Source of the DNA: a virus
Taxonomy: Duplodnaviria > Heunggongvirae > Uroviricota > Caudoviricetes
Virus record (IMG/VR): IMGVR_UViG_3300042256_000013
Coordinates: 1 to 64,000 of that record
Length of the DNA: 64,000 nt
Reading direction: 5' to 3' (one strand)
In this document: positions 9,490 through 18,279 of the stretch, piece after piece
How positions within the stretch are numbered: position 1 is the stretch's first letter
Layout: every line of letters begins with the position of its first letter
The notes under the pieces: generated by a model
What the model saw: only the letters and a program-made list of their open reading frames with translations
Told to the model about the DNA's origin: nothing
Database searches by the model: none
Position numbers and translations under genes: made by a program

Positions 9490-9726
9490 TCATGTTAATT
9501 TACCGGATGAATTATATAAGAAAGAAGGAATGTCCTTCTTGCCTAGTTCTACTACATATGACGGATCGATCTGCTGAACATGTTCAATAGCCCGATCCAT
9601 AGTCATCTTTGGTGCATCACCCTGGCGACTCGCTTTATCAGCCAGGATAGTACAGCGAACTTCTGTACGATTATACAGATCATTCTCAGCTTGCTTAATA
9701 TGAACTACTGATTCAACTCTTCTCAT
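9490..9726 (-). CDS. hypothetical protein (about 78 aa)
   Basis: Track start is TTG; nearest ATG used; weak RBS. Confidence 0.35.
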   Translation of the reverse strand: MRRVESVVHIKQAENDLYNRTEVRCTILADKASRQGDAPKMTMDRAIEHVQQIDPSYVVELGKKDIPSFLYNSSGKLT

Positions 9727-9935
9727 TTTTGTTTCCAAATAAAAAGATTAAACGCCAGAGAAACAATGATACCAACAAACGTTGCTGAAGTCAACAACTC
9801 AATTCGTTCAAAGTACCGATAAATTGAAATATTATCACTCGGTACAAATCGCACATAATATGCTATAGTATCAAGCATCATTGATACCAGTGCTGAAATG
9901 ATAAACACAATCAATGAACACATAAACCGTTTCAT
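9723..9935 (-). CDS. small membrane protein (70 aa, 2 TM)
   Basis: Two hydrophobic helices. Confidence 0.45.
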   Translation of the reverse strand: MKRFMCSLIVFIISALVSMMLDTIAYYVRFVPSDNISIYRYFERIELLTSATFVGIIVSLAFNLFIWKQK

Positions 9936-10017
9936 TCAAATGTACTCCTGCGTTTCGATACAATCATAGTACTACATTGTTTTTATTGGTGCAAGTACTT
10001 TATTCAAAAACTTTTCC

Positions 10018-10046
10018 TTGACAAGCCATACGAGTTCCCATATAAT
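10018..10046 (+). promoter_or_regulatory. perfect consensus sigma70 promoter TTGACA-N17-TATAAT on plus strand
   Basis: cttttccTTGACAagccatacgagttcccaTATAATtac; transcript would begin ACATAGACGCGAGAAAGCGGGAACCCAAGGGGGTGGCAA, homologous to the 5' end of sRNA-B at 17983. Confidence 0.6.
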
Positions 10047-10154
10047 TACTACATAGACGCGAGAAAGCGGGAACCCAAGGGGGTGGCAAAATGTATTCAT
10101 ATGAAATAGTACTGTACATAAAAACAGTACTGGATATTTCACCAGTACTTTGCT

Positions 10155-10463
10155 TTATAGCCAGATGTATTTCGATGCACTATAATACTCTTTGTCAAGT
10201 ACTACAACGCCGCCACAATCATACATTGTTTCTTTACCCCAACACAATAATGTGTTATTGTCAAACAATGCAAGCCAGCCATATGAATGATCAACATACA
10301 CGGTGTAGTTACCATTCGTTTCAACTTCTATCCAGTTCGCGGGTTTTCCATCGGCAACCCATGCACTGATGTTTTGTTGAGAATCTGAAATGATATGATT
10401 TTCAGCTATACCTTTCAATTTCTGTAATTGTGACAGACGATGATTTAAATCAATTTGTTCCAT
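10155..10463 (-). CDS. hypothetical protein (102 aa)
   Basis: Protein-like composition; preferred over Cys/His-rich antisense plus ORF 10091-10369. Confidence 0.5.
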   Translation of the reverse strand: MEQIDLNHRLSQLQKLKGIAENHIISDSQQNISAWVADGKPANWIEVETNGNYTVYVDHSYGWLALFDNNTLLCWGKETMYDCGGVVVLDKEYYSASKYIWL

Positions 10464-10478
10464 GATTGTATCCTTTAC

Positions 10479-10703
10479 TTAAATTGCTGAGTTACGCCCA
10501 GGGAAAGTAGTACTATTCAATCTTTCCCATATGCCCCGCTCATATGCGATCATTGCGTTTGCTTCACCCATCGCAGTATTATTGTACGTAACAACATTCG
10601 AACCATTACGCACAATATAGTACTCATGAATATTATCAGGCTGTACAGATAAAGTCAAATCAGATTTACCCTGTACCTTTAATTCTGCGATCAACGTTTC
10701 CAT
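10479..10703 (-). CDS. hypothetical protein (74 aa)
   Basis: AGTACT-class promoter at 10730-10775 upstream. Confidence 0.5.
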   Translation of the reverse strand: METLIAELKVQGKSDLTLSVQPDNIHEYYIVRNGSNVVTYNNTAMGEANAMIAYERGIWERLNSTTFPGRNSAI

Positions 10704-10779
10704 TTGAATTACCTTGTCAATAAAGTAACTTCATTATAAAGTACTCGCATTCCGCTTGCAAGTACTTTTGATAATGATT

Positions 10780-10980
10780 TTACGCTGTACGAATTACCAG
10801 GATGTTAGAATTGATTTCCCACGCCTGGCCGACTTCCAGATCAATGATGCTGCACAATTCATCATTAGTAAGATCCGGTACTGTTTCGATCACTTCCAGC
10901 AGTACTACTTTGTGCTTGATCGCGTCAGTGTCTTTGTCGCTTACAGTGTATTCACGATTCGCATGATCTGCTACGCTCAT
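10780..10980 (-). CDS. hypothetical acidic protein (66 aa)
   Basis: GGAGGGTAAACC-ATG strong RBS; preferred over plus ORF 10756-11133. Confidence 0.45.
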   Translation of the reverse strand: MSVADHANREYTVSDKDTDAIKHKVVLLEVIETVPDLTNDELCSIIDLEVGQAWEINSNILVIRTA

Positions 10981-10983
10981 GGT

Positions 10984-11187
10984 TTACCCCTCCACCAGCA
11001 CACGGGAACCACGGACATTAGGAACCTGGCCGGACTTCTTAAAGCGGTTTACTTCTTGCTCCGCTTCATGACGCGATGCGAAGTCATCAACGCGAGTACC
11101 TTCGAAACGCAGAACAAAACGCTTCTTACCTGATACATGACCAGTGAATTCAGCCATGATTGCATAACGACGATCTTTTTGAGCCAT
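10984..11187 (-). CDS. hypothetical protein (67 aa)
   Basis: AAGAGGATTTACAA-ATG; AGTACT-class promoter at 11232-11268. Confidence 0.5.
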   Translation of the reverse strand: MAQKDRRYAIMAEFTGHVSGKKRFVLRFEGTRVDDFASRHEAEQEVNRFKKSGQVPNVRGSRVLVEG

Positions 11188-11274
11188 TTGTAAATCCTCT
11201 TAATTAATGGTTATTGCGTTTCAGTAAGTTCATTATATAGTACTCGCTACCGATTGCAAGTACTATTAATGGAT

Positions 11275-11511
11275 TTACAACAAAATAATTTTGTCAATAC
11301 CAGCAGCATTCAGATCCGACATATACGCCTGATTACTGTTATTGAGCTTTTCAACGGTACATGATACATTGAAAGCATATTCATTGTAAGCCCAACCAAT
11401 GATAACGTTTCTCATAATATGCTCGTTATCATTGTCAGACAGTACTAACAGATTATCAGTACCAGCAGAACCGACTGAAGTACTTGTAACAGTTACTTTA
11501 TATTGTGCCAT
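11275..11511 (-). CDS. hypothetical protein (78 aa)
   Basis: AAGAGGAAATGCAAC-ATG. Confidence 0.5.
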   Translation of the reverse strand: MAQYKVTVTSTSVGSAGTDNLLVLSDNDNEHIMRNVIIGWAYNEYAFNVSCTVEKLNNSNQAYMSDLNAAGIDKIILL

Positions 11512-11639
11512 GTTGCATTTCCTCTTAATGATTAATACCTAAAGCCAGGATAAACAAAACAAATAACAGTACTTGATAACGTAATTTCATTTCTTTACCC
11601 TAAGTTGCCCTTCCATGTAATACATATTATCAGAATCCA

Positions 11640-11730
11640 AAAGAAATGCAAGTACTATTTTCATTTTAATTTATATTATTTTTTGGACGGATCTTGCCAC
11701 CCTATAGGGTTAGTCCATTTCTCTGGAGTG
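11640..11730. repeat. conserved leader repeat copy 4
   Basis: aatgcaagtactattttcattttaatttatattattttttggacggatcttgccaccctatagggttagtccatttctctgg. Confidence 0.65.
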
Positions 11731-11782
11731 ATTACAGTATAGCAAAAAGGGATTGAACAAGTCAACCCCTAATTTTAGTACT

Positions 11783-12088
11783 TTACAAATCGCGTACAGC
11801 CGTTGTATGTGTAATGAACCGGGAAGTTCCACCGATCAATTCAACTTTCGCCATAAGTGAAATATGATCGCCAGCAGTAGGCAAGGCTAATGCTTCCTGT
11901 ACAGTGATTACATTACCATATGAGTACTGGTACTGGCTAAACTTAAGCCATTCACCAAAGATCAATTCAGGCTTTTCCCCATGACCGACAAGGCATACAT
12001 TGTCAATCACAATCGGCTTGCCAGTATGATCTCTGCAAACTACTGTATATGTGAAAGCCTTTGAGAAGTTATCAAGGTTTATTGACAT
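11783..12088 (-). CDS. hypothetical protein (101 aa)
   Basis: ORF only. Confidence 0.5.
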   Translation of the reverse strand: MSINLDNFSKAFTYTVVCRDHTGKPIVIDNVCLVGHGEKPELIFGEWLKFSQYQYSYGNVITVQEALALPTAGDHISLMAKVELIGGTSRFITHTTAVRDL

Positions 12089-12329
12089 TTTCTAATGTTA
12101 CCTTAAGTGAGTTTGACATACGGTGTCGCATTGCTTTTAGTACCATTCGACACGCTACAATTTTTGACTTTTCATCCAACCGCTTAAACCCAGGACGTTT
12201 CATTGAATGAGATTGTAATTGTGTCCAATTATCCACCCGTTGCCCCTTGCGATAGATTATACAACTAATCCTATCAGTACTGCAAGAAAAGAATACAACT
12301 AATCGCCGGGTATTATATAATCTTTGCAT
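12072..12329 (-). CDS. hypothetical basic protein (85 aa)
   Basis: CAGGAGCTT-ATG; hairpin GGGGGCATATTGCCCCC upstream. Confidence 0.4.
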   Translation of the reverse strand: MQRLYNTRRLVVFFSCSTDRISCIIYRKGQRVDNWTQLQSHSMKRPGFKRLDEKSKIVACRMVLKAMRHRMSNSLKVTLENVNKP

Positions 12330-12376
12330 AAGCTCCTGTACAGCGTTTTAACGGGGGCATATTGCCCCCTATAGGA

Positions 12377-12754
12377 TTACAGTTCGAACTTATCGTAAAC
12401 GTTACCTGATGCGATCCAGACGCTGAATTTTGGCATGTTATCCCATTCAGCAGACTTAAGACTTAATGAATGTAAGTATTCAGTACTATCCATTCCTGGT
12501 ACATTGCGAGCCGTACTATACAACTTTCCTTTGTACTGGTACGCTAAACAGGTCTTTTTATTATTCACGTCACAACGCATAGCTGTAATGAGATTGTGGC
12601 AGGCGAACATGTCACGCTTTAATTTCAATTCACTGCCTACGCGTTTACTAACTCTCATCATTTCGCGTGAACAGTATTCGCGATCCTTTCCATGCTCCGC
12701 GATATGATTAAAAGTACCAACAATGTCAGCCATAATGGTAGTTAACTTATTCAT
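12377..12754 (-). CDS. hypothetical protein (125 aa)
   Basis: ORF preceded by leader repeat copy 5. Confidence 0.5.
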   Translation of the reverse strand: MNKLTTIMADIVGTFNHIAEHGKDREYCSREMMRVSKRVGSELKLKRDMFACHNLITAMRCDVNNKKTCLAYQYKGKLYSTARNVPGMDSTEYLHSLSLKSAEWDNMPKFSVWIASGNVYDKFEL

Positions 12755-12789
12755 GCTTTACTCCTTTCGTTTGGTGTATAAACATATTA

Positions 12790-12925
12790 TCAGAATCTAA
12801 GATTAACACAAGTACTTTATACGTTTTAATTTAAAAATAATACTGTACATGTATACAGTACTAAATCCACCAGCTACATTATGCCACCCTATAGGGTTAG
12901 TCCATTTCTCTGGAGTGATTACATA
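12790..12925. repeat. conserved leader repeat copy 5
   Basis: Same block as copy 2, including ...tgccaccctatagggttagtccatttctctggagtgattaca. Confidence 0.65.
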
Positions 12926-12970
12926 GTACTATAAAGGGCTAACCGAAGTCAACCCTTTATTTGTAAAGAT

Positions 12971-13162
12971 TTAAATAGCTTTCCAGCGGCCTTTTACTTT
13001 CCGGTGCGTTTCAATGTACATGTTGTTAATGCCGCTGATATAACCTACACTATCAGATCCCGACATTGTAGCACTTTGTTTCGCTCCACGTTCTGAATAT
13101 CCACATGGAATAGCGTTTCCTCTGGAACTTGCGAACGCATAAACACGATAGATTTTAGACAT
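12971..13162 (-). CDS. hypothetical protein (63 aa)
   Basis: ORF only. Confidence 0.4.
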   Translation of the reverse strand: MSKIYRVYAFASSRGNAIPCGYSERGAKQSATMSGSDSVGYISGINNMYIETHRKVKGRWKAI

Positions 13163-13164
13163 TG

Positions 13165-13560
13165 TTACACCGCCTTATTCAAGTACTGCACAAAGTAATA
13201 CATCGGGGAATGTAACGGCTCTTTAACAGTTACACGGTACTTGCTGATTTTGTAAACCAGTTTAAGGTTTTCAATTTCAGAGTTTTTAAGAGTATAATAC
13301 TCTTTCCCAATAATATCAAGATCAAAATGCTGCAAAAGAATAGTGCGAGCATTTGCGGCATCAACGCCAGTGTGCAAAACTGCCGCTTTCTTTTCGAACC
13401 CTTCCAGGAACTCCGAAGGAACATTTCGACGGTTCAACGCATTGATAGTGTTTTTATGAAAGCGTTTTCCGTTCTGGATCAATGCTTCATGTACTGATAC
13501 GGCTTTGTCGCCATTCATGAAACAGTAACCATCTTTGAAACCTCTAACATGTAAAAACAT
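13165..13560 (-). CDS. hypothetical protein (about 131 aa)
   Basis: AGGAAGTGAAA-ATG; track start is GTG at 13566. Confidence 0.5.
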   Translation of the reverse strand: MFLHVRGFKDGYCFMNGDKAVSVHEALIQNGKRFHKNTINALNRRNVPSEFLEGFEKKAAVLHTGVDAANARTILLQHFDLDIIGKEYYTLKNSEIENLKLVYKISKYRVTVKEPLHSPMYYFVQYLNKAV

Positions 13561-13633
13561 TTTCACTTCCTCGCTTGCTTAAGATAACTCATTGTAAAGT
13601 ACTCGCGAATGCAATGCAAGTACTTTCATTAAA

Positions 13634-13771
13634 TTATTGTTCAAATTCTGGAATAGCTACGTGATCCGCGTCTGCTTCATGATCCGTGTTATCATCTTCA
13701 TCAATATGATGACTAACACCGTTTTCCAGTACCTTACAACGTGTTCCACACTCACGGCAATAATTAATCAT
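13634..13771 (-). CDS. small zinc-ribbon protein (45 aa, MINYCRECGTRC...)
   Basis: ATGA overlap with the stop of 13768-14214; C-x2-C...C motif; acidic C-terminus; not in ORF track. Confidence 0.4.
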   Translation of the reverse strand: MINYCRECGTRCKVLENGVSHHIDEDDNTDHEADADHVAIPEFEQ

Positions 13772-14214
13772 TCTACAACCCCCGCCAGTAATTCACCAAC
13801 CCGCACCAGATGATAACGTTGCTCAAACGTTGCAGCATTGCGGCCTTTCAATTCAGCATAGCGAACGATAAACCACGTATCACCCTCAAACAAATAACGT
13901 ATATTGTTTTTAGTACAAATCAAAAACATTTCAATCGTACTGGTTTGAGGATCAACATTTGATTCACCGCGATCACGCTTATATGCGATAGTATAACCAG
14001 GCTCAGGTGTAGCGAAGGAATGTCCAGGAGGGCAATCGATCGATTCTGCCAGTACTGACAAATCACCCAGGGCAATTAATGCCGTTGCAGCATCAGCGGT
14101 GTTATAGTACTGTACTAGTTTTCTACCAGCTTGATCAATCACGCCGTCACAATTCAACCATGACCATGTAACCGTGTTACCTTCTTTAATTGCGATAACT
14201 GCTGGAGTAGCCAT
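13768..14214 (-). CDS. hypothetical protein (148 aa)
   Basis: AGTACT-class promoter at 14243-14285. Confidence 0.55.
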   Translation of the reverse strand: MATPAVIAIKEGNTVTWSWLNCDGVIDQAGRKLVQYYNTADAATALIALGDLSVLAESIDCPPGHSFATPEPGYTIAYKRDRGESNVDPQTSTIEMFLICTKNNIRYLFEGDTWFIVRYAELKGRNAATFEQRYHLVRVGELLAGVVE

Positions 14215-14291
14215 TTTTAAAACCTCATTCGCTTAAGTGATAACTCATTGTAAAGTACTTGCACGTAATATACAAGTACTTTCGTAATGAA

Positions 14292-14678
14292 TTATAGATC
14301 TTTCTTACGGTTCACATCTGCCAGGTTCTCAGATAATGGAATGTCCATATCTTTACAGAATCGTGACAATGTACCACAATCAGGAATCGGATAAGTGCAA
14401 GCAACCTCAAACAATGACAAAGCTGTTTGATCAAAGCCCCTCTCATACCCATACTGGAAAGTATCTTGTGCCAGGTCGATCCACACTGTACCATCTTCTA
14501 ATGGACGATTATACACGTTAGCCACAATCTCGTTTGCACGTTCTACTGGCACCAGCACACTAACATATACAGAATGATATGTGTTACCATCACCACGATT
14601 GAACCAGCGTTTAGCGGTCATTGTGACAGCGTGAACATCTGCGAGATTAACAGTATTATGAATAGTTCTATGTGTCAT
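14292..14678 (-). CDS. hypothetical protein (128 aa)
   Basis: ORF only. Confidence 0.5.
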   Translation of the reverse strand: MTHRTIHNTVNLADVHAVTMTAKRWFNRGDGNTYHSVYVSVLVPVERANEIVANVYNRPLEDGTVWIDLAQDTFQYGYERGFDQTALSLFEVACTYPIPDCGTLSRFCKDMDIPLSENLADVNRKKDL

Positions 14679-14782
14679 GAATATATCCTCAATTAAAAAT
14701 AGTACTGCGTTTTCAGTACTGCCTATTATACATGTTCACTTGAATGATACAAGTACTATTACGTTTTAATTTACTTTATTTT

Positions 14783-14813
14783 AAAACAAAAAATGCCCCA
14801 GGCTATGGGGCAT
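14783..14813 (-). terminator. intrinsic terminator (ATGCCCCAGGCTATGGGGCAT)
   Basis: GC hairpin with flanking A-run and T-run; ends the transcript covering the ORF-free 14835-15100 region. Confidence 0.6.
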
Positions 14814-15167
14814 TAATTGGTGAATTAGGCTCCTTTCAGAGCGTCAGTGATGGCACAAATGCGATCACTGAACTTCACACTACGCGGCAATTTATATAAG
14901 AAGTTTATCTATTAAATTGAATACCGGATAATCTTTCAGTACTAATCACATGCACCCTATAAGATGTGCTTTCGCTATGTGATTCCTGGTATAGACTTAT
15001 TTGTTCGCTATACGTCTTAGGGTTCTACGTACTGCCACCAGGATATCAGCCTGATGGTTCAAATCTTAACTCCTTCGGCGGCTCGCCATGTCGTTTCGAT
15101 GTAGCTATATTATCATAACTACCGATTCGATCAAGTACTTTTTTCAATTCTTTTTAAAATCTTTTCC

Positions 15168-15196
15168 TTGCAATCCTCATTCAGTACTGATATAAT
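15168..15196 (+). promoter_or_regulatory. consensus sigma70 promoter TTGCAA-N17-TATAAT (plus strand)
   Basis: ccTTGCAAtcctcattcagtactgaTATAATctttt with A/T-rich UP-like region upstream. Confidence 0.65.
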
Positions 15197-15202
15197 CTTT
15201 TA

Positions 15203-15359
15203 CATCGGCAGACAAAGCATGACCCCAGGGGGTGGATAATTGCGTCCAAAATTCATTACGTTTTCTCTGGACGGATCTTGCCACCCTTGTGGGTTAGACC
15301 GTTTCGCCGGATTAATAATATAGTACCAGAAAAGGGATTGAATCGTCAACCCCTTTTTT
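15203..15359 (+). ncRNA. candidate small RNA sRNA-A (about 157 nt)
   Basis: Runs from the promoter to a plus-strand intrinsic terminator (GGGATTGAATCGTCAACCCC + T6); no ORF; contains the leader-repeat sequence in antisense orientation to early mRNA leaders; long-range stem GGGGGTGG/CCACCC. Confidence 0.5.
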
Positions 15360-15366
15360 GTAAAGA

Positions 15367-15582
15367 TTAGCGAACTTTCGGATTCACAATTTCAACTAAT
15401 CGGATCTGAATGTTCCCGCTATTCAGTACTGAATCGCTTAGTTCCTTCGCTGGCTGTACTTCCATCAGCAAATCAGTGTCCAGGTCTTCATGCCAAAACT
15501 TAATATCTGGATCGGCATTACCGGCATCTTTCGCGAGCTTGTTAAGTTTCTTTAGTACTTTACGCAATTCACTTAATCTCAT
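15367..15582 (-). CDS. hypothetical protein (71 aa)
   Basis: GGGGGAGTACAAGAA-ATG. Confidence 0.45.
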   Translation of the reverse strand: MRLSELRKVLKKLNKLAKDAGNADPDIKFWHEDLDTDLLMEVQPAKELSDSVLNSGNIQIRLVEIVNPKVR

Positions 15583-15660
15583 TTCTTGTACTCCCCCTTG
15601 TTGGTGTGCTGATATAGTACTATAAAGGGCTTGAGTATTACAAGCCCTAAATTGTAAAGA

Positions 15661-16050
15661 TTATGCCAACTTCTTACGATAGTACTCAATCAGACGATCC
15701 AGGAGCTTGAGACGATTCGCCCCGTATACACTATCAGGATCATACATGTTACGCTGAGACGTGTAAGCGATCCGTTGATGGTTAGGATCGTCAGTAGTTT
15801 GAGACTCAACAGGATAGTAAGTATCTAACCCCATATCAATAAAAGCAGGAACCATAAACCCCATATCGATCCCTGAGATTTCACTGTTAGGCGTATGAAC
15901 GAACACATGCCAGCAGATACCAAATTGACGGGTAACATTGAACGGCTTACCTAACACGTTTGTGTAAGTCTCGCCACGGTCTAAACAATCTTTCATTTGT
16001 TCCAGTACTTCCAGAACTAATCTGTATTGCTCTAAATTAAAATCTGTCAT
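15661..16050 (-). CDS. hypothetical protein (129 aa)
   Basis: AACGAGGAGAAAGCACC-ATG. Confidence 0.55.
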   Translation of the reverse strand: MTDFNLEQYRLVLEVLEQMKDCLDRGETYTNVLGKPFNVTRQFGICWHVFVHTPNSEISGIDMGFMVPAFIDMGLDTYYPVESQTTDDPNHQRIAYTSQRNMYDPDSVYGANRLKLLDRLIEYYRKKLA

Positions 16051-16189
16051 GGTGCTTTCTCCTCGTTTCGATAAGTCCTATTATCCATATTCGCCAGGAC
16101 AATGCAAGTACTAATTTACTTTTAACGAACAAAAAGAAAAACCCGCTAAAACGCTCTGTAATGCGTTCTAACGGGTTTTATGTGTTAGC

Positions 16190-16459
16190 CTATGCCTTGA
16201 GTGATTCAGCGTTAAAAGCCCCGCTAATAGGCTTACATTGAATATTTACGGCATAGTTTACTTTCTTGTGAATGATATACATACACGAATCAAATTGATG
16301 GTTGTATGACATATCATAGATCCGCCGCTGAATAAGTACGCCATTAACTACAAAGGCAAGATACCCGCTAAACTCCGCTGTATGTCGCCCGGTTTGAGTC
16401 ATGGTTTTGGCGATCCTGGTTCCTGTATCAATCAGGTCTGAAATAGGTTTCAATTCCAT
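16190..16459 (-). CDS. hypothetical protein (89 aa)
   Basis: ORF only. Confidence 0.45.
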   Translation of the reverse strand: MELKPISDLIDTGTRIAKTMTQTGRHTAEFSGYLAFVVNGVLIQRRIYDMSYNHQFDSCMYIIHKKVNYAVNIQCKPISGAFNAESLKA

Positions 16460-16604
16460 AAGCGTTTACTCTCAATTAAAAGGTAGTTTAAAACGCTGTA
16501 GGAACGATTCTAAGCGTTTCTAACAGTACTGTAACCCGATTGCATGACAGTACTGTTAGAACTGCTTAAGGGGGCATTTAGCCCCCTTATTTTACGCCGT
16601 GGGA

Positions 16605-17303
16605 TTATTCGCCAGCGGTTTCAGTTTCTGCGTCGGTTTCCGCTTCCACTTTGTACGCTTTGATGAATTCATCGCGATCCAGCTTGCTTTCGGTCAGGAT
16701 TGCTTTGAGTTCGTTACCCATGTTACCTTTTACCGGCATTTCGTACTTCGTGCCGTTGTATTCGACGGTTACGCGGTCATAGCTTTTGACCGGAGCGGAG
16801 GCCGCTTTGATTTTTGATTTCATGCCAGCTTCCACCATCGCTTTTGCAGTCGCCAGATCCAGATTGTTATCCAGAAGAGTTTGAAGCATGGTCTTTTTCT
16901 CTTCTTCCAGGCTGGCGGCCAGGGCTTTCTGATCCGCTTCACGCTGAGCTTTCGCGGCGGTGCGTGTTGCTTCGCGGTCTGCTTTGCGTTTGGCAATGTT
17001 TTCCGCTTCGCGTTCCAGTACCGCAGGCACCAGGGCAACCGTTGCAGTAAACAGGCGAGTGATGATTTCCACGTTGTCGGATTTTTCGACCAGGTAATCA
17101 GCCAGTGATACCGCCTGAGCGTCGATGAAGGTGGTCAGGTCTGTTTCGTACTTCGCCAGCACTTCAGGTGAATGCTCAGCACCTTCAGCCAGGGTAGGCA
17201 GTACCGGAGCAACCGCCAGAACAATGCTGTTCAGGGTTACTTTAGGAGCTTTAACAGCAGTTTCAACAACGGTAGCAGCGGCGGTTTTGTTAGATTTAGA
17301 CAT
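16605..17303 (-). CDS. Ala/Lys/Glu-rich, GC-rich protein (232 aa); candidate abundant nucleic-acid-associated protein
   Basis: Strong RBS TAAGAAGGTAATACATT-ATG; GC content visibly above neighbouring DNA; about 280-nt 5' UTR from a promoter near 17590-17625. Confidence 0.6.
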   Translation of the reverse strand: MSKSNKTAAATVVETAVKAPKVTLNSIVLAVAPVLPTLAEGAEHSPEVLAKYETDLTTFIDAQAVSLADYLVEKSDNVEIITRLFTATVALVPAVLEREAENIAKRKADREATRTAAKAQREADQKALAASLEEEKKTMLQTLLDNNLDLATAKAMVEAGMKSKIKAASAPVKSYDRVTVEYNGTKYEMPVKGNMGNELKAILTESKLDRDEFIKAYKVEAETDAETETAGE

Positions 17304-17946
17304 AATGTATTACCTTCTTAAAAGTGATTGATTAATTTGTTTGTCTGATTCGCTTAGTGCGTCTCAGTGATTACATCTTACTACGTTTCGTTTCTTTCGG
17401 TCAAGGACTTTTTTCAACTTTCAGAAACTTTTTTTTCGTTTATCTCATGGCGGTAGATAGGACGCTAACAGTTAGTTAGCCTTTATAACGCTACGCTGCC
17501 TTATCGGTCATACGCTGTAACAGTACTATCTATTCTAGCCCCGTTACCGTTTCCTATCATCCGGCGAACCTTACCGCCATTCGATAACCAACATTCTACA
17601 CTTCTTAATCCAGTTTGCAAGTACTTTCGCAAATCTTTTTCGCTGTTAAGCTTAAGTCATTGTTTCAGTACTACAAACCAGGTTTTTAAAGAGCGGTGTT
17701 TCGTGTTGATGGGTGTATCTTATCAGATCGGTTAATCCGTGCAAGTACTTTCTACTCTTTTCGTTAAAATAGTTTCGTTCCTCGTTTCCCTTCCTTATAT
17801 GCATAACAGAATTCATAGGACGCGTTGTAAGCCCCTTAACAGTACTTAGATACACATTCACCAGGTACAAAGATAAACCCGCTCAAACTGCTTTATATTA
17901 CGTATAAGGAGGGGTAAAAAAGTTTCGTACTAATTGCAGAAAGTAC

Positions 17947-17975
17947 TTGCATTCAAAATCCAGTACTGGCATAAT
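17947..17975 (+). promoter_or_regulatory. sigma70-like promoter TTGCAT-N17-CATAAT (plus strand)
   Basis: agtacTTGCATtcaaaatccagtactggCATAATaacc. Confidence 0.5.
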
Positions 17976-17982
17976 AACCACA

Positions 17983-18140
17983 TAGACGCGAGAAAGCGGG
18001 AACCCCAGGGGGTGGCAAGTTGTGTCCAAAATTCATATAAAAAACTATAGACGGATCTTGCCACCCTATAGGGTTAGTCCATTTCGCTGGAGTGATTACA
18101 TAGTACTATAAATCGACCAGGTATGTCAAATTTATTTTTT
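17983..18140 (+). ncRNA. candidate small RNA sRNA-B (homolog of sRNA-A)
   Basis: Close sequence match to sRNA-A across acatagacgcgagaaagcgggaaccccagggggtggcaa...ggacggatcttgccaccctatagggttag; ends at an A/T palindrome plus T-run; 3' end uncertain. Confidence 0.4.
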
Positions 18141-18152
18141 CGAAAAAAAGTC

Positions 18153-18185
18153 CTTGCAAACCTCATCCAGTATGATAATATAGCC
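18153..18185 (+). promoter_or_regulatory. sigma70-like promoter TTGCAA-N16-TAATAT with upstream A-tract
   Basis: cgaaaaaaagtccTTGCAAacctcatccagtatgaTAATATagcc; the downstream 230 nt is ORF-free and iteron-rich. Confidence 0.5.
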
Positions 18186-18279
18186 ATGTCAACACGAAAA
18201 GACAGCAACTGATTCTGCCTGGTACTAACCAGACGCGGAAGGGGAGCTAATGGAAAAATGACAGAAAAAACCATTTAGC

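Noticed and set aside
12353-12369. Hairpin GGGGGCATATTGCCCCC as an intrinsic terminator
   Set aside because: Not followed by a U-run on either strand. More likely a regulatory or structural hairpin in the 12072-12329 leader
16814-17108. Several overlapping ORFs in both orientations inside 16605-17303 and 59281-59949
   Set aside because: Typical spurious open frames inside GC-rich genes; the long frames with a strong RBS are the real ones
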